Assembly: GCA_963674735.2 (NCBI GenBank)
Contig: CAXXQS010000002.1
Coordinates: forward strand, 2,208,001 to 2,272,000
DNA length: 64,000 bases
From: Myxococcota bacterium
Lineage (GTDB): Bacteria > Myxococcota_A > SURF-8
Direction: 5' to 3'
Shown: one piece after another, positions 1-10,062 of the stretch
How positions within the stretch are numbered: position 1 is the stretch's first letter
How the letters are laid out: the number at the start of each line of letters is the position of its first letter
Position numbers and translations under genes: made by a program
The notes under the pieces: generated by a model
Database searches by the model: none
Told to the model about the DNA's origin: nothing
The model's input: only the letters and a program-made list of their open reading frames with translations

Positions 1-708
1 GTTATCGGGCGTATCTGCGAGTTGACGGGTTGTGCCGATCTGTTGTGGGTAGGGCACAGTATGGGCGGCATGGTGATGTATGCCCATCTAGCCGAGGCTG
101 ACCCGCGCGTCAAGGCCGTCTTTGCCATCGCCAGTCCCGTGACGTTCGATGAACTGACCTGGTCGGCCCACGTGCGACCTATCGGCCGCCTTCTCTCGTT
201 TCTTCCCGCTTTCCACCAGCGTTTCTGGGCGACCTTGATGGCACCGCTGTCGGGGCGATTCGGGGGGAAACCGGGGATTATTTCCAACGATGCGAATGTG
301 GATATGCCTTTCGGTCGTCACATCATGCCCAACCTGTCTACCGATTTGCCGATGACCTTGGTGATGCATACCGCCAAGTGGAGTGAAAGCGGTCAGTTGG
401 TCAGTGCGGACGGTGCCTGCAATTACTATGAGCGGATGGCCGAGATCACGACTCCGATGGGTTTCGCCGTCGGAGCCGCCGATCGTCTTGCGACGCCGAA
501 AAGTGTGCGTGATGCTTTCGAGCGTTGTGGGTCGGCCGATAAGACATTCCGTTTCTATTCCAAAGCCGACGGCGACCAAGCCGATTACGGCCATGGCGAC
601 ATTGTTTTCGGCCGTAGCGCCCCGGATGAAGTGTTCACCCATGTGGCTGAATTCCTTGAAAAACGCGCCGAACGTTTGTCGCAAGAGCCCGATGCGCCCG
701 ATGCTTAA
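1..708 (+). CDS. alpha/beta hydrolase (5' partial)
   Basis: GHSMGG nucleophile elbow, C-terminal Asp/His (DYGHGD); frame is open back to position 1. Confidence 0.85.
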   Translation, partial: VIGRICELTGCADLLWVGHSMGGMVMYAHLAEADPRVKAVFAIASPVTFDELTWSAHVRPIGRLLSFLPAFHQRFWATLMAPLSGRFGGKPGIISNDANVDMPFGRHIMPNLSTDLPMTLVMHTAKWSESGQLVSADGACNYYERMAEITTPMGFAVGAADRLATPKSVRDAFERCGSADKTFRFYSKADGDQADYGHGDIVFGRSAPDEVFTHVAEFLEKRAERLSQEPDAPDA

Positions 709-1889
709 GATCGGTCGAGGCGGAACCGGTCGAAGTCGAGGGTGAGGTAATGGGTCAGCTCGTCGAGGCTTCGGCTTTTGGCGAAGACGGTGGAAAAAAA
801 CTTGTAGCGCGCCGGGTCGATGGGTGCATATTCCAGTATTTCCCGGAAGGTGGCGCGGTAGGCGTCTTCGTCGATGCGATCTCGCGCGGGGTCGAAACGG
901 CTGGGGGTTTGTCCGACGATGAATGCATAGTAAGCGTTGTCCGGCTCGCCCAGAATCGTTCCCCAATCGGGGCGCTGGTTTTTGAGATACATGGCATAGG
1001 CATTGATGTCGAAGGCATGATGAGGCAGATCGGCCAGACCGAAACCACCGAAACGCAAGGGGTTGATTTCGATCGGCGTCAGGCGGCCGTTTTGGATGCG
1101 CACTTCAGCATGCAGGGGGAAATTGCGCAACGGACGCATGCTTCCCACGCGATCGAGAAAGCCACGCAAGGAATCGAGGTGTTCGGCTACTAAATCGCGC
1201 GAAGTGTAATAGACGAGGTCGCGGGTGTCGTCGCGGTCGGCGAAGGGATGACAGGTGATGGATAAAATCACCGGTTCGCCCGCTGGATCGAAGTAGGCAT
1301 CGCAGGTGATCTCATCTCCTTCGATGTAATCTTCCACCAGAAAACGGTCGCTGTTGACCACATCCTCGTCGAAAACGCTGGAAAAAGCTTCCACTTCGGC
1401 TACGATTTCCTTTACGGCCTGCTGCCACTCATCGTGGCCACAAAAACGCCGCACGCCCAGGCTGTGGAAGCCGATGGAGGGTTTGACGATCAGGCTGCGG
1501 TCGGCCGGTGGAACGAAAGTGGCCAGTTCATTTCGATTCAACTCCAGAACGGTCGCCGTCGGGTTGCCGTCCATGTAGCGACGTTTGAAAGCGGCTTTGT
1601 CTTTGAAAAACCGTACGTTTTCGCGTAATTCTTTGTTGTTTGACTGCTGTTCGATGAAGCGCAGGCAGTCTTCGGCGTTGAAATACACCGGTGTCTCGGG
1701 ATCGTCGATGGCGTGTTGAGCGTCTTCCAGAGTGATGCGCCGTAGATTAGGATTGAGGACGGGCCAGTATTCAGGGCGCGAGAACACCGGGATATCTTCG
1801 TCGATCAGGGTCCGGATCAATAGCGGCGACAGGTAGGCATCACTCAGCAAAACCAAAGGAAGAGCACACTCGGGATGATAGGGTGACAC
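705..1889 (-). CDS. ATP-grasp domain protein
   Basis: IVKPSIGFHSLGV, VEDYIEG, IEINPLRFGG motifs; GTG start with GGAGG upstream. Confidence 0.85.
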   Translation of the reverse strand: MSPYHPECALPLVLLSDAYLSPLLIRTLIDEDIPVFSRPEYWPVLNPNLRRITLEDAQHAIDDPETPVYFNAEDCLRFIEQQSNNKELRENVRFFKDKAAFKRRYMDGNPTATVLELNRNELATFVPPADRSLIVKPSIGFHSLGVRRFCGHDEWQQAVKEIVAEVEAFSSVFDEDVVNSDRFLVEDYIEGDEITCDAYFDPAGEPVILSITCHPFADRDDTRDLVYYTSRDLVAEHLDSLRGFLDRVGSMRPLRNFPLHAEVRIQNGRLTPIEINPLRFGGFGLADLPHHAFDINAYAMYLKNQRPDWGTILGEPDNAYYAFIVGQTPSRFDPARDRIDEDAYRATFREILEYAPIDPARYKFFSTVFAKSRSLDELTHYLTLDFDRFRLDRS

Positions 1890-2028
1890 CGAAACCTCCT
1901 GTTGCCTGAAGCGATCAGCGGGGCTATTGTAAGCGTGAGAGGGCAGGCGGTCAACCCTTCTGAGAGATCGTTTCTATATTGGATGTGTATGACGTGATTT
2001 TGTCGAACGAGAAGGAAGGAACGGTGAC

Positions 2029-2352
2029 ATGAAACGGGTGGGATTCATTCTGAAAGTGAAGCAGGACAAGCTTGACGAATATCGCGAGCATCATCGCAAA
2101 GTGTGGCCCGAAATGCTCGAAGCCCTGCGGGAAACCGGCTGGCATAATTACTCGCTGTTTTTGCGGCCGGACGGCTTGCTGTTCGGTTATTTCGAGACAC
2201 CCGAGAGCTTCCAGACGGCGCTTGATGGCATGAGCGAGAAAGAGATCAACGCCCGCTGGCAGGCGATGATGGGGCCGTACTTCGAGTCGCTTGGCGGCCA
2301 GAATCCCGATGAGGCCATGGCCGAACTCGAAGAAGTCTTTCACCTCGACTGA
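2029..2352 (+). CDS. rhaM: L-rhamnose mutarotase
   Basis: EYREHHRKVWPE, HNYSLF, EVFHLD signature; adjacent rha genes. Confidence 0.92.
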   Translation: MKRVGFILKVKQDKLDEYREHHRKVWPEMLEALRETGWHNYSLFLRPDGLLFGYFETPESFQTALDGMSEKEINARWQAMMGPYFESLGGQNPDEAMAELEEVFHLD

Positions 2353-2369
2353 GTGCGGATGGCGGATGG

Positions 2370-3635
2370 CTAATTGCGCTTATTCAGCACCTCGTTTTCG
2401 TAAGCATGTACCGCCGCGATCCATTCCGCTCCCACCGGTACGCCCGCTTTGACGCAATACCAGTCCCAGACCGCGCCGAAGGGTAGGCTTTTCATGCGCT
2501 CGGTAAGCGCCATGCATCCGAAACCGTCGTTGGCCGCTTCAAGTTTGCGCAGGGTCTCGGCCGGTTCCAACAAGGCGAATAGCAGCGCTTTCAGGGTCGC
2601 ACGTGCGCCGATCACCCACGCTCCCACCCGGTTCAGGCTGGCGTCGAAATAATCGAGGGCCAGATGGACACGCTCCAGGGCCTGGGCGCGGGTGATTTCC
2701 AGCATCAGGGCGCGTACATCGTCGGTGAAGTGGACCACGTGGTCGCTGTCCCAGCGTACGCCGCGGCTGACGTGAATCAACAATTGTTCGAACACGGGCA
2801 TAAGCGCCGAAATTTTCTCCGCCACCGATTCGGTTGGATGGTAATGACCCATGTCGAGGCAGGGCATCAGTCCGTGTTTTTGGGCGAAGCCGAGATAGAA
2901 CTCATGGGAGCCCACCACGAACGATTCGGAGCCGATACCGAAAAGCTTGCTCTCCACGCTGTCGAGGAGACGACCGGAGGGGCTGTCTGCATAGATCTCG
3001 CACAGGCTTTCCCAGAGACGTTGCCGGTAGGCGGCGCGGTCGGTTGTGTCGTTTTTCGTGCCGTCGGGAATCCAGAGATTGTGGACGCAGGACGATTCGA
3101 GCGCCTCTCCCATCGCGGCTCCGATGCGGCGGCAGCGTTTTACGTGTTCGATCCAGAAACGGCGGATGTTCGCGTCGGGATGGCTGAGCGTCAGGCCTTG
3201 TTCGGCCAAGGGATGGCTAAACAGGGTGGCGTTGAAATCGAGTTTGATCCTTTGTTCTTTCGCCCAGTCGATCCAGCTTTGGAAGTGTTCCGGCCCGATG
3301 GCGTCGCGGTCGGTTTTTTGTCCGGCGAAATCGCCGTAGATGGCGTGCAGATTGAGCCGATGGCTGCCGGGGATCAAGCTGAAGGCGTGCGCAAGATCGT
3401 GGCGCAGTTCGTCCAGCGTGCGCGCTTTTCCAGGATAATTGCCGGTAACGGCCAATCCTCCGCCCGACAGCGCGGCATCCGGTGACTCGAAACCGCCCAC
3501 ATCGTCGCCTTGCCAACAGTGCAGTGACAAAGCCACCGACGCCAGACGATCCGAGGCCAGGTCGGTATCGATACCCAACTCGGCGTATTGTTCTCGTGCC
3601 AGTTCATAAGCGGTTTCGATGCGTGTTTGGTTCAC
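2370..3635 (-). CDS. rhaA: L-rhamnose isomerase
   Basis: LHCWQGDDV, GNYPGKAR, VESKLFGIGSES, HVSRGVRWDSDHV. Confidence 0.96.
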   Translation of the reverse strand: MNQTRIETAYELAREQYAELGIDTDLASDRLASVALSLHCWQGDDVGGFESPDAALSGGGLAVTGNYPGKARTLDELRHDLAHAFSLIPGSHRLNLHAIYGDFAGQKTDRDAIGPEHFQSWIDWAKEQRIKLDFNATLFSHPLAEQGLTLSHPDANIRRFWIEHVKRCRRIGAAMGEALESSCVHNLWIPDGTKNDTTDRAAYRQRLWESLCEIYADSPSGRLLDSVESKLFGIGSESFVVGSHEFYLGFAQKHGLMPCLDMGHYHPTESVAEKISALMPVFEQLLIHVSRGVRWDSDHVVHFTDDVRALMLEITRAQALERVHLALDYFDASLNRVGAWVIGARATLKALLFALLEPAETLRKLEAANDGFGCMALTERMKSLPFGAVWDWYCVKAGVPVGAEWIAAVHAYENEVLNKRN

Positions 3636-3650
3636 GGCTTTCCCCTTACC

Positions 3651-5120
3651 TTAACGAGGATTCAATTGCAAAAAGCGGTCGTAGGCAGCGTCCCAACTGG
3701 CGGCATCGGTCGGCTCATAGCGCTCCAACTCGAATGAGCGGGCGCTCACCTCGCGGATTTCCGCAAAGGAAGCCAATTCACCCGCCGCTTTGGCCTGCAC
3801 CAGCAGGTTTCCGACGGCCGTCGCCTCCACCGGTCCCGCCAACACCGGTAATCCGATAGCATTAGCGGTGAGTCGGCAGAGTAGCCGGTTCTGGGTTCCG
3901 CCGCCGATGATGTGCAGACGGCGGATGGGCTGAGGCGAGAGGCGGCGCAATTGATCGAGGACAAACCGCGCTTTGAGTGCCAGGCTTTCCAATATACAAC
4001 GCACGATTTCTCCCGGTGTTTCCGGAGCTGGTTGTCGACTCTGGCGGCAGATCTCGCGGATGGCGGCGGGCATATTGTCGGGTGCATGGAGCGCGGGGTG
4101 GTCGGGATCGATCAGAGCGCCGAACGACGGTGCCTGCTCGGCCAGCTTCGTCAATTCGTCGAAGGCGTAATCTTTTTCAGCGGCCCAGATGCGGCGGCAT
4201 TCCTGCAAAAGCCACAGCCCGGTGATATTCTTGAGAATGCGGAAGCCGCCGTCGGCCGCACCTTCGTTGGTAACATTGGTGGCCAAGGCATCTTCACCGA
4301 GGATCGGTGTCGGTGACTCGATCCCCATAAGCGACCAGGTGCCGGAACTCAAGTAGGCGTAATCGCTTCCATCCGCCGGAACGGCCGCGACGGCTGAACC
4401 CGTGTCGTGGGTGGCGACGGCCGTAACGGTGATGTCATGCAGACCCGTCTCTTGCGCCACGGCCGGATCGAGCTGGCCCAGCGCGGTTCCCGGCATGACG
4501 ATCGGCTGCATGAGCGAGGGCGACAGTTCGAGCCGTTTGAGGATCTCGGTATCCCATCCGCCGAGGACGGGGTTGTAGAGCTGTGACGTGGTGGCGAAGG
4601 TGAATTCGCTGCGTTTGATGCCGGTAAGTAAATAGTGGAAGCAGTCGGGAATGAACAGGAGGTCGTCGGCCGCTTCCAGTAGGGGCGAGGACTGCCGTCG
4701 CATGGCCTCCAGTTGCACCAGGGTGTTCAATTCCAGGAATTGAATGCCGGTCCGGTTGTAGATCTCTTCGCGGGGCATTTTCTGAAACAGGCTTTCCAGC
4801 ATGCCGCCGGTGCGTGGGTCGCGGTAGCTGACGGGTGGGCCGAGAAATTGTCCATCGCGGGCGAGCAGCGCAAAGTCCACTCCCCAGGTGTCGATGCCGA
4901 GGTGGGTGGGTGGATTCTTCTCGCTACGAGCGACTTCGCACATGGCATCGAGCATGCGGGCGTAAAGACCGAAGAGATTCCAGTGCAGAGTTTGGCGCAG
5001 ACGTACGATGCGGTTGGGAAAACGCGCCACCTCGCGCAGCTTCAATTGGCCGTTTCTCAGATCTCCGATCAGCGCCCGGCCGCTCGACGCCCCCAGGTCG
5101 AAGGCGAGATAGCGACCCAT
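3651..5120 (-). CDS. rhaB: rhamnulokinase
   Basis: AFDLGASSGR, GIDTWGVD, HDTGSAV, SSGTWSL; start moved to ATG at 5120. Confidence 0.94.
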   Translation of the reverse strand: MGRYLAFDLGASSGRALIGDLRNGQLKLREVARFPNRIVRLRQTLHWNLFGLYARMLDAMCEVARSEKNPPTHLGIDTWGVDFALLARDGQFLGPPVSYRDPRTGGMLESLFQKMPREEIYNRTGIQFLELNTLVQLEAMRRQSSPLLEAADDLLFIPDCFHYLLTGIKRSEFTFATTSQLYNPVLGGWDTEILKRLELSPSLMQPIVMPGTALGQLDPAVAQETGLHDITVTAVATHDTGSAVAAVPADGSDYAYLSSGTWSLMGIESPTPILGEDALATNVTNEGAADGGFRILKNITGLWLLQECRRIWAAEKDYAFDELTKLAEQAPSFGALIDPDHPALHAPDNMPAAIREICRQSRQPAPETPGEIVRCILESLALKARFVLDQLRRLSPQPIRRLHIIGGGTQNRLLCRLTANAIGLPVLAGPVEATAVGNLLVQAKAAGELASFAEIREVSARSFELERYEPTDAASWDAAYDRFLQLNPR

Positions 5121-5122
5121 GA

Positions 5123-5941
5123 TCAGTCCTCCAGTTTGAAGGCACGCGCCAGTTCGGTCAATTGGCCTGGAGAAAGCCCCTTGGGAGTTTCCCCGGCGGC
5201 CCGACACATCAGCAGAATCTGGGCGGCTTTGTTGGCCGTGTCGATGATATCGAAGGCGTTTTGCGGGTTGCTTCCCACCGCCATCAGGCCATGCATTTCC
5301 CACAACGCGATCTGGTGACCATGCTTGAACGTACTTAAGGTGGCCTGAGCCAGGGCTTGCGAACTCGGCAGGGCATAGGGAACAAGCCCGACTCCCGCCG
5401 GAATCACCACCTTGATTTCAGGCAGCATACTCCACAGAGCCTGGTTCAGCGTCGCCTCTTCTTTGTAGTCGGATAAATGCGAAACGGCAATCATTTCGGT
5501 TGGATGAGTATGCAACACCACTCGCGCATCGGACTTTTGGTGTTTCAAGAACTCATGGATGAGCAAGTGGGTCGGCAATTCGGATGTCGGTTTCACCACC
5601 ATGGGGTGATGCTCGGGGAAAACGCGGTAGCGAGTGCCGTCTTCGTTGAGCAGGACCAGGCAGGTGTGGCTTTCCGGGTCGTTGGCGATGTCTCGGAAGC
5701 GGTGTCCGGATCCTGTGATAAAGAAGACATTGCGACGAATGCCCGGGTAGGCGCAATCCAGCGAGTGGTCTTGTGCGTCTTCCTTGTCCAGCCAGTCCGC
5801 TTCGATCTGTTCGGTTACATTGATCGACAGGTTGCCGCCGTTGCATTCCGCCCAGCCCCGTTCCCACAAATACTCAGCCACTTCGCGGACTTCATCCAGA
5901 ATCGGCCGCATATCCGGCCAGTGCGATGTCAATCGTTTCAC
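5123..5941 (-). CDS. rhaD: rhamnulose-1-phosphate aldolase
   Basis: GWAECNGGNLS, PTSELPTH, HTHPT, LWEMHG class II aldolase motifs; GTG start after GGAGG (start approximate). Confidence 0.92.
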   Translation of the reverse strand: MKRLTSHWPDMRPILDEVREVAEYLWERGWAECNGGNLSINVTEQIEADWLDKEDAQDHSLDCAYPGIRRNVFFITGSGHRFRDIANDPESHTCLVLLNEDGTRYRVFPEHHPMVVKPTSELPTHLLIHEFLKHQKSDARVVLHTHPTEMIAVSHLSDYKEEATLNQALWSMLPEIKVVIPAGVGLVPYALPSSQALAQATLSTFKHGHQIALWEMHGLMAVGSNPQNAFDIIDTANKAAQILLMCRAAGETPKGLSPGQLTELARAFKLED

Positions 5942-6090
5942 CACTCCTCCTTCACCTGACAGATCGGAAGCATCCACACCGCCAGCATATGGCGGTGCCG
6001 CCTAGTTTAGCCTTCGAGCGGCGGGAACGCAACGGAATCCCGCCATGGTTTTTGTGTGCGAAGGAGAACGTGTCAGCGGGCGAAAGCGAT

Positions 6091-7788
6091 CTACAAGGCG
6101 TGGTTCGATCCGCCGTGTACGCGACGAATGCGGCCTTCCAGCTCGGGGTTGATTGGTTGGTGGCTTTTGATGTACTCGATGATGAGGTCGGAGACGCGCC
6201 GCCCATGGTCGTAGGCGTCGATCGCCTGTGATTCCAGTGTGTTGTAGTCATCACCGCCACGTCGAATGAAGTCGGAAGTGGCCACGCGATAAAAGGCGTC
6301 GTTGTTGAGCGGTGCGTAAGTGCCGCTGTTTGTTAAAACCTCGATTTGACGGACCCGCTCACCCGCAAGTCGGGTGGGATCCCAACTGAAACGCAAACCC
6401 GATACCTGTAAAAAACGGCCGGTGCCGTCGTTGTTCGGGTTGTCGGCGCGGCTCACGCTGTGTTCCAGGACATCTCGCAGGTTGCGGCCTTGAATGGAAA
6501 AAGTCGCCAACAGGTTGGGGAAGGGGAAGACTTCCAGCACCTGCGCCACCGTGATCGGCCCCTCCGGAATACCGGCGCGAATCCCGCCGCCGTTGGTGAG
6601 GGCGATCTGAACCGGATTGGGTAGGGTTGCCCAGCGCATGGCATCGGCGATCAGATTGCCGAGGTTGCATTCGTTGAAGCGGCAATCGTGATCCGCCCCG
6701 ACCAATTCGATGTCGGTCCGGCCGATCGTATTGGTGTAGAAGGGTTCCAGTTCTTGGTTGAACCGCTCTGCATCGGCGAGGATGACCGGATCTTCGGGAA
6801 TCGTGTGGTCAACCGCAATAGGTGCGCCGTCCCAACGGACCAGGCGTCCTTGAGTATCGAATTCGAGAGTCAACCGACCCAGCAGGCGGCCGTAGTCCCC
6901 GGCGCTGACCACCAGCACCGGATGTCCCGATGCCCCGTCAACCAGAGTGGGGTAAGCGCCTTGCGATTGGGACACTCCTTCTCCCAGGGGGGTGTGGCTG
7001 TGACCGCCGATGACGAGGTCGAGACCCTCGATTCTGTTTGCCAGATCGAGGTCGCGCTGGTAGCCCAAGTGGGTGAGAGCGATCACGATGTCGACGCCCT
7101 GTGCTTGCAGGCTATTGACAGACTGAGTCAACGCCGCGTCTATGGGTTGGAAGTCCACCGTATCGCCGGGGCTCGAAATGTAGCGGCTGCTTTCGGTAAT
7201 CGCACCGATAATGCCGACCTTTTTTCCCCCGATTTCTCGGATGAGATAGGGCTTGATGTATTTCGCCAGCCGCGGTTCGCGATGGGTGTCGAGGTTGGTG
7301 GCCAGCAGAGGGAAGTCGGTCTTTTCCGCGAAAGCGGCCAATCCGGCCACGCCGTCATCGAATTCGTGGTTGCCGATGGCCATGGCGTCGTAACCGAGCC
7401 GATTCATGAAATGAACGGTTGCGCGGCCCCTGAATTTGGTGAAGAACAATGTCCCCTGAAATTGGTCGCCTGCGTCGAGTAAAAGCGTGTTGGGGTGTTC
7501 ACTGCGTAGCTGTTTGATCAAGGTTGCGCGTCGCGCCACACCGCCGAAACACCGTTCCGGGGCTTCGTTGCGGCAGGTATTGCCGTATTTGTTAAAAGGC
7601 AGGATGTGTCCGTGCACGTCGTTTGTGTGCAGGACGGTGAGCGTGTAAGCCGTCTCGGGCGTATTGGCTGGGGCGGGCGTCCAGGTTTTCATGGCCTGAT
7701 AGCCGATGCCGACGAAAACCATGGAAGCCGTGGCAATAATCAAAAATAATCGCAACGAACGTGATGGGTTGGGTTGGGGATAAGTCAT
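6091..7788 (-). CDS. bifunctional 5'-nucleotidase/UDP-sugar hydrolase (UshA-like), exported
   Basis: HTNDVHG, DAGD, GNHEFD, GGHSH, NGGGIR motifs; N-terminal hydrophobic anchor. Confidence 0.92.
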   Translation of the reverse strand: MTYPQPNPSRSLRLFLIIATASMVFVGIGYQAMKTWTPAPANTPETAYTLTVLHTNDVHGHILPFNKYGNTCRNEAPERCFGGVARRATLIKQLRSEHPNTLLLDAGDQFQGTLFFTKFRGRATVHFMNRLGYDAMAIGNHEFDDGVAGLAAFAEKTDFPLLATNLDTHREPRLAKYIKPYLIREIGGKKVGIIGAITESSRYISSPGDTVDFQPIDAALTQSVNSLQAQGVDIVIALTHLGYQRDLDLANRIEGLDLVIGGHSHTPLGEGVSQSQGAYPTLVDGASGHPVLVVSAGDYGRLLGRLTLEFDTQGRLVRWDGAPIAVDHTIPEDPVILADAERFNQELEPFYTNTIGRTDIELVGADHDCRFNECNLGNLIADAMRWATLPNPVQIALTNGGGIRAGIPEGPITVAQVLEVFPFPNLLATFSIQGRNLRDVLEHSVSRADNPNNDGTGRFLQVSGLRFSWDPTRLAGERVRQIEVLTNSGTYAPLNNDAFYRVATSDFIRRGGDDYNTLESQAIDAYDHGRRVSDLIIEYIKSHQPINPELEGRIRRVHGGSNHAL

Positions 7789-7957
7789 GGTACTACCTGG
7801 TGGATCGCTCGGTTGATGTTACACAGCGCGCTGAAGAGCTGAAGAACCGCGACGGATGATAGCATAAACACCCCATGCCGGACGAGTGAAAACAACAGTT
7901 CGGTGAAATCTTTTTTCAGCCCGAACCCCGAATCAAAAAATCGATAGAGGCTGTAAA

Positions 7958-9301
7958 TCAATCTTTAAACGGATACTTGCGGAATAATAGCATTCCGACA
8001 AACACCAATATACCACCCACCGGACCGGTAAGCAGGATACCGAGTGGATTCTCGACCGAATTGCCGAACAAGAAGAAAAGAAGGCTGCTGAGCAACCAGG
8101 CGAATCCCGAACCTGAGCGCGAGAACAAACCCTCCATCCCGTTGTAAATCGCTTCGCGGCGGAAACCGGTGGTTTTCTCGTCGTGATCGATGATGTCGGC
8201 CAACAGGGGGCGCGGCAACACGTTAAACACTGCGACCGGGAAGGTGGCCAAACTGAAAATCACGTAACCGACGATCATCGGGGATACGCCCGGGATCTGA
8301 TCGATCAACATAACCATCGGCAAGACCAGGGTGAAGCCCAGGCAGCCCCAGATGGTGACGGCTTTTTTACCGTAGCTGATACTTAGTTTGTTGACTAGCG
8401 GGAAAAGAACGACGGCACCCACCAGCACCACCAGTTGCACCCCGGCGGCGTCGGCTTCACTGCCACCCATGACCGTGGTCATGACGTAAGGAATGGCCAC
8501 CACGACCATGTCGATGCCGATGCGGAAGACGGTTACGAGTGCCAGATACGGACCGAAGGCCTTGTTTTTCCAGACTTCTTTGACGCCTTCCTTGAAGGTA
8601 AGGGAAATCTGTTTCGCTTCGGAGTCGGGTTTTTCCTTTACGCCGAATGCGGTGATGAAAAAGCAGATCAGAGTGACCGCTCCGAAGATGATGCCCGACA
8701 ACTGGAAACCGTTGAAGGTGCGTGCATCAAATGGCGGCACCCCGCATTTGTAGGCGTCGATCAGCATACCGGCTCCGGCGGCGGCGACCAGGACGCCGAT
8801 CACTTCGAACAGCGCCATGATGGCCGAGACGGTCAGACGTTCTTCGCTGTAGGGAGTCAGTTCAGGCAGCAGCGACAGGTAAGGGGCGACCACGGAGGCG
8901 AAGGCCATGGACAGCACGCACATCCAAAAACAGACCCAGGCGGCGTTGATCAGCGATTCCGATCCTATGGGGGGGAACCAGACCATGATCATGGCGATGA
9001 CCATGATCGGAGCGCCGAAGATGATAAAGGGCATGCGGCGACCCCAACGGGTGTGGGTTTTGTCCGACCAGTCGCCGATAAAGGGATTCAGCAGGGCTTC
9101 CGCGATGCGACCGATGGCCAACATGGCGCCGATGAGATAAACCGGAACGTAAGAAATCAAGCAACTGTCGTCGGAAGCGGGCGGGGCGTAGTAATACATG
9201 GCCCAGGAACCGATGATGCTGGGCAGCAGCCCCACACCGAAATTGCCGAAAGAATAAGCCAGTCGCTGCCGGTTTGACAGCGCACGATTGGAAGCGGACA
9301 T
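7958..9301 (-). CDS. MFS transporter, glycoside-pentoside-hexuronide family
   Basis: SDKTHTRWGRRMPF and DIIDHDEKTTGFRREAIY motifs; about 12 hydrophobic segments. Confidence 0.88.
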   Translation of the reverse strand: MSASNRALSNRQRLAYSFGNFGVGLLPSIIGSWAMYYYAPPASDDSCLISYVPVYLIGAMLAIGRIAEALLNPFIGDWSDKTHTRWGRRMPFIIFGAPIMVIAMIMVWFPPIGSESLINAAWVCFWMCVLSMAFASVVAPYLSLLPELTPYSEERLTVSAIMALFEVIGVLVAAAGAGMLIDAYKCGVPPFDARTFNGFQLSGIIFGAVTLICFFITAFGVKEKPDSEAKQISLTFKEGVKEVWKNKAFGPYLALVTVFRIGIDMVVVAIPYVMTTVMGGSEADAAGVQLVVLVGAVVLFPLVNKLSISYGKKAVTIWGCLGFTLVLPMVMLIDQIPGVSPMIVGYVIFSLATFPVAVFNVLPRPLLADIIDHDEKTTGFRREAIYNGMEGLFSRSGSGFAWLLSSLLFFLFGNSVENPLGILLTGPVGGILVFVGMLLFRKYPFKD

Positions 9302-9397
9302 GAATTCTCCTTACTCACGATACGGACTGGTAACCGGTATTTCTAAATCGAGATTCAACAGCTTTGCTTGTTCCAAAATTGGGGATGCGGCGATCAT

Positions 9398-9955
9398 TTA
9401 CTTCGAGAGCGGTGCCGTACTTTCAAGCGGTGCCAAAACATAGAATTTTCCGTATTCACGGATCGTTATCCCACCGAAGGCCAGGCGCGCCGTTACGATG
9501 CGCTCGCCCGTGCGTGCGTCCGCAGGGACAACGGCCTGAATATCCGTCCAGCGCAGGTTTTCGGGGTCGAAACGGACCACCAGAAACTCGATGTCGTCGT
9601 AGCCCCATTCGATATCCCAGCGTGGAATGTCGTTCGGACCGAGACCAAGCGCTTCTTTCAAGGCCTCGGCGTTCAACAGCGTGATTTCTCCTTCGAACAG
9701 TTCGCCCTGGCGCTTGAAGTCGGGTCGAATGCGCAGGTTGAAGGTCTGGATTTCCGCATCCATTTCCGCATCCGCATCCGCATCCGCATCCGCTTCCGGA
9801 TCGAGATCGACATCAGTGTCATGATCACCGTCGGTTTCGGGCGGATCTTGATCGCCATCCGATTCAGGCGGGGCGAAGGCCGACTCGCAGCCGATTCCCA
9901 ACGGCGCAAGCAGCAACGCTCCCCATAATGCCATCCATAGCCATCGTTTCGTCAT
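9398..9955 (-). CDS. hypothetical lipoprotein with acidic DGD/AD linker
   Basis: signal peptide ending GIGC, Asp-rich linker; start moved to ATG at 9955. Confidence 0.7.
   Translation of the reverse strand: MTKRWLWMALWGALLLAPLGIGCESAFAPPESDGDQDPPETDGDHDTDVDLDPEADADADADAEMDAEIQTFNLRIRPDFKRQGELFEGEITLLNAEALKEALGLGPNDIPRWDIEWGYDDIEFLVVRFDPENLRWTDIQAVVPADARTGERIVTARLAFGGITIREYGKFYVLAPLESTAPLSK
9765..9794. repeat. in-frame hexanucleotide tandem repeat (TCCGCA)x4 plus a degenerate unit
   Basis: read directly; encodes Ala-Asp repeats on the minus strand. Confidence 0.8.
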
Positions 9956-10062
9956 CTCGGCGATCATCCAGTAGAAAAATCGCACGATGATACCACACGG
10001 CGGCGAAAACGGTAGAAAAATCCGGTTCGTCGATAAGGATAGCCGTTTTATTCGATGGGGGA

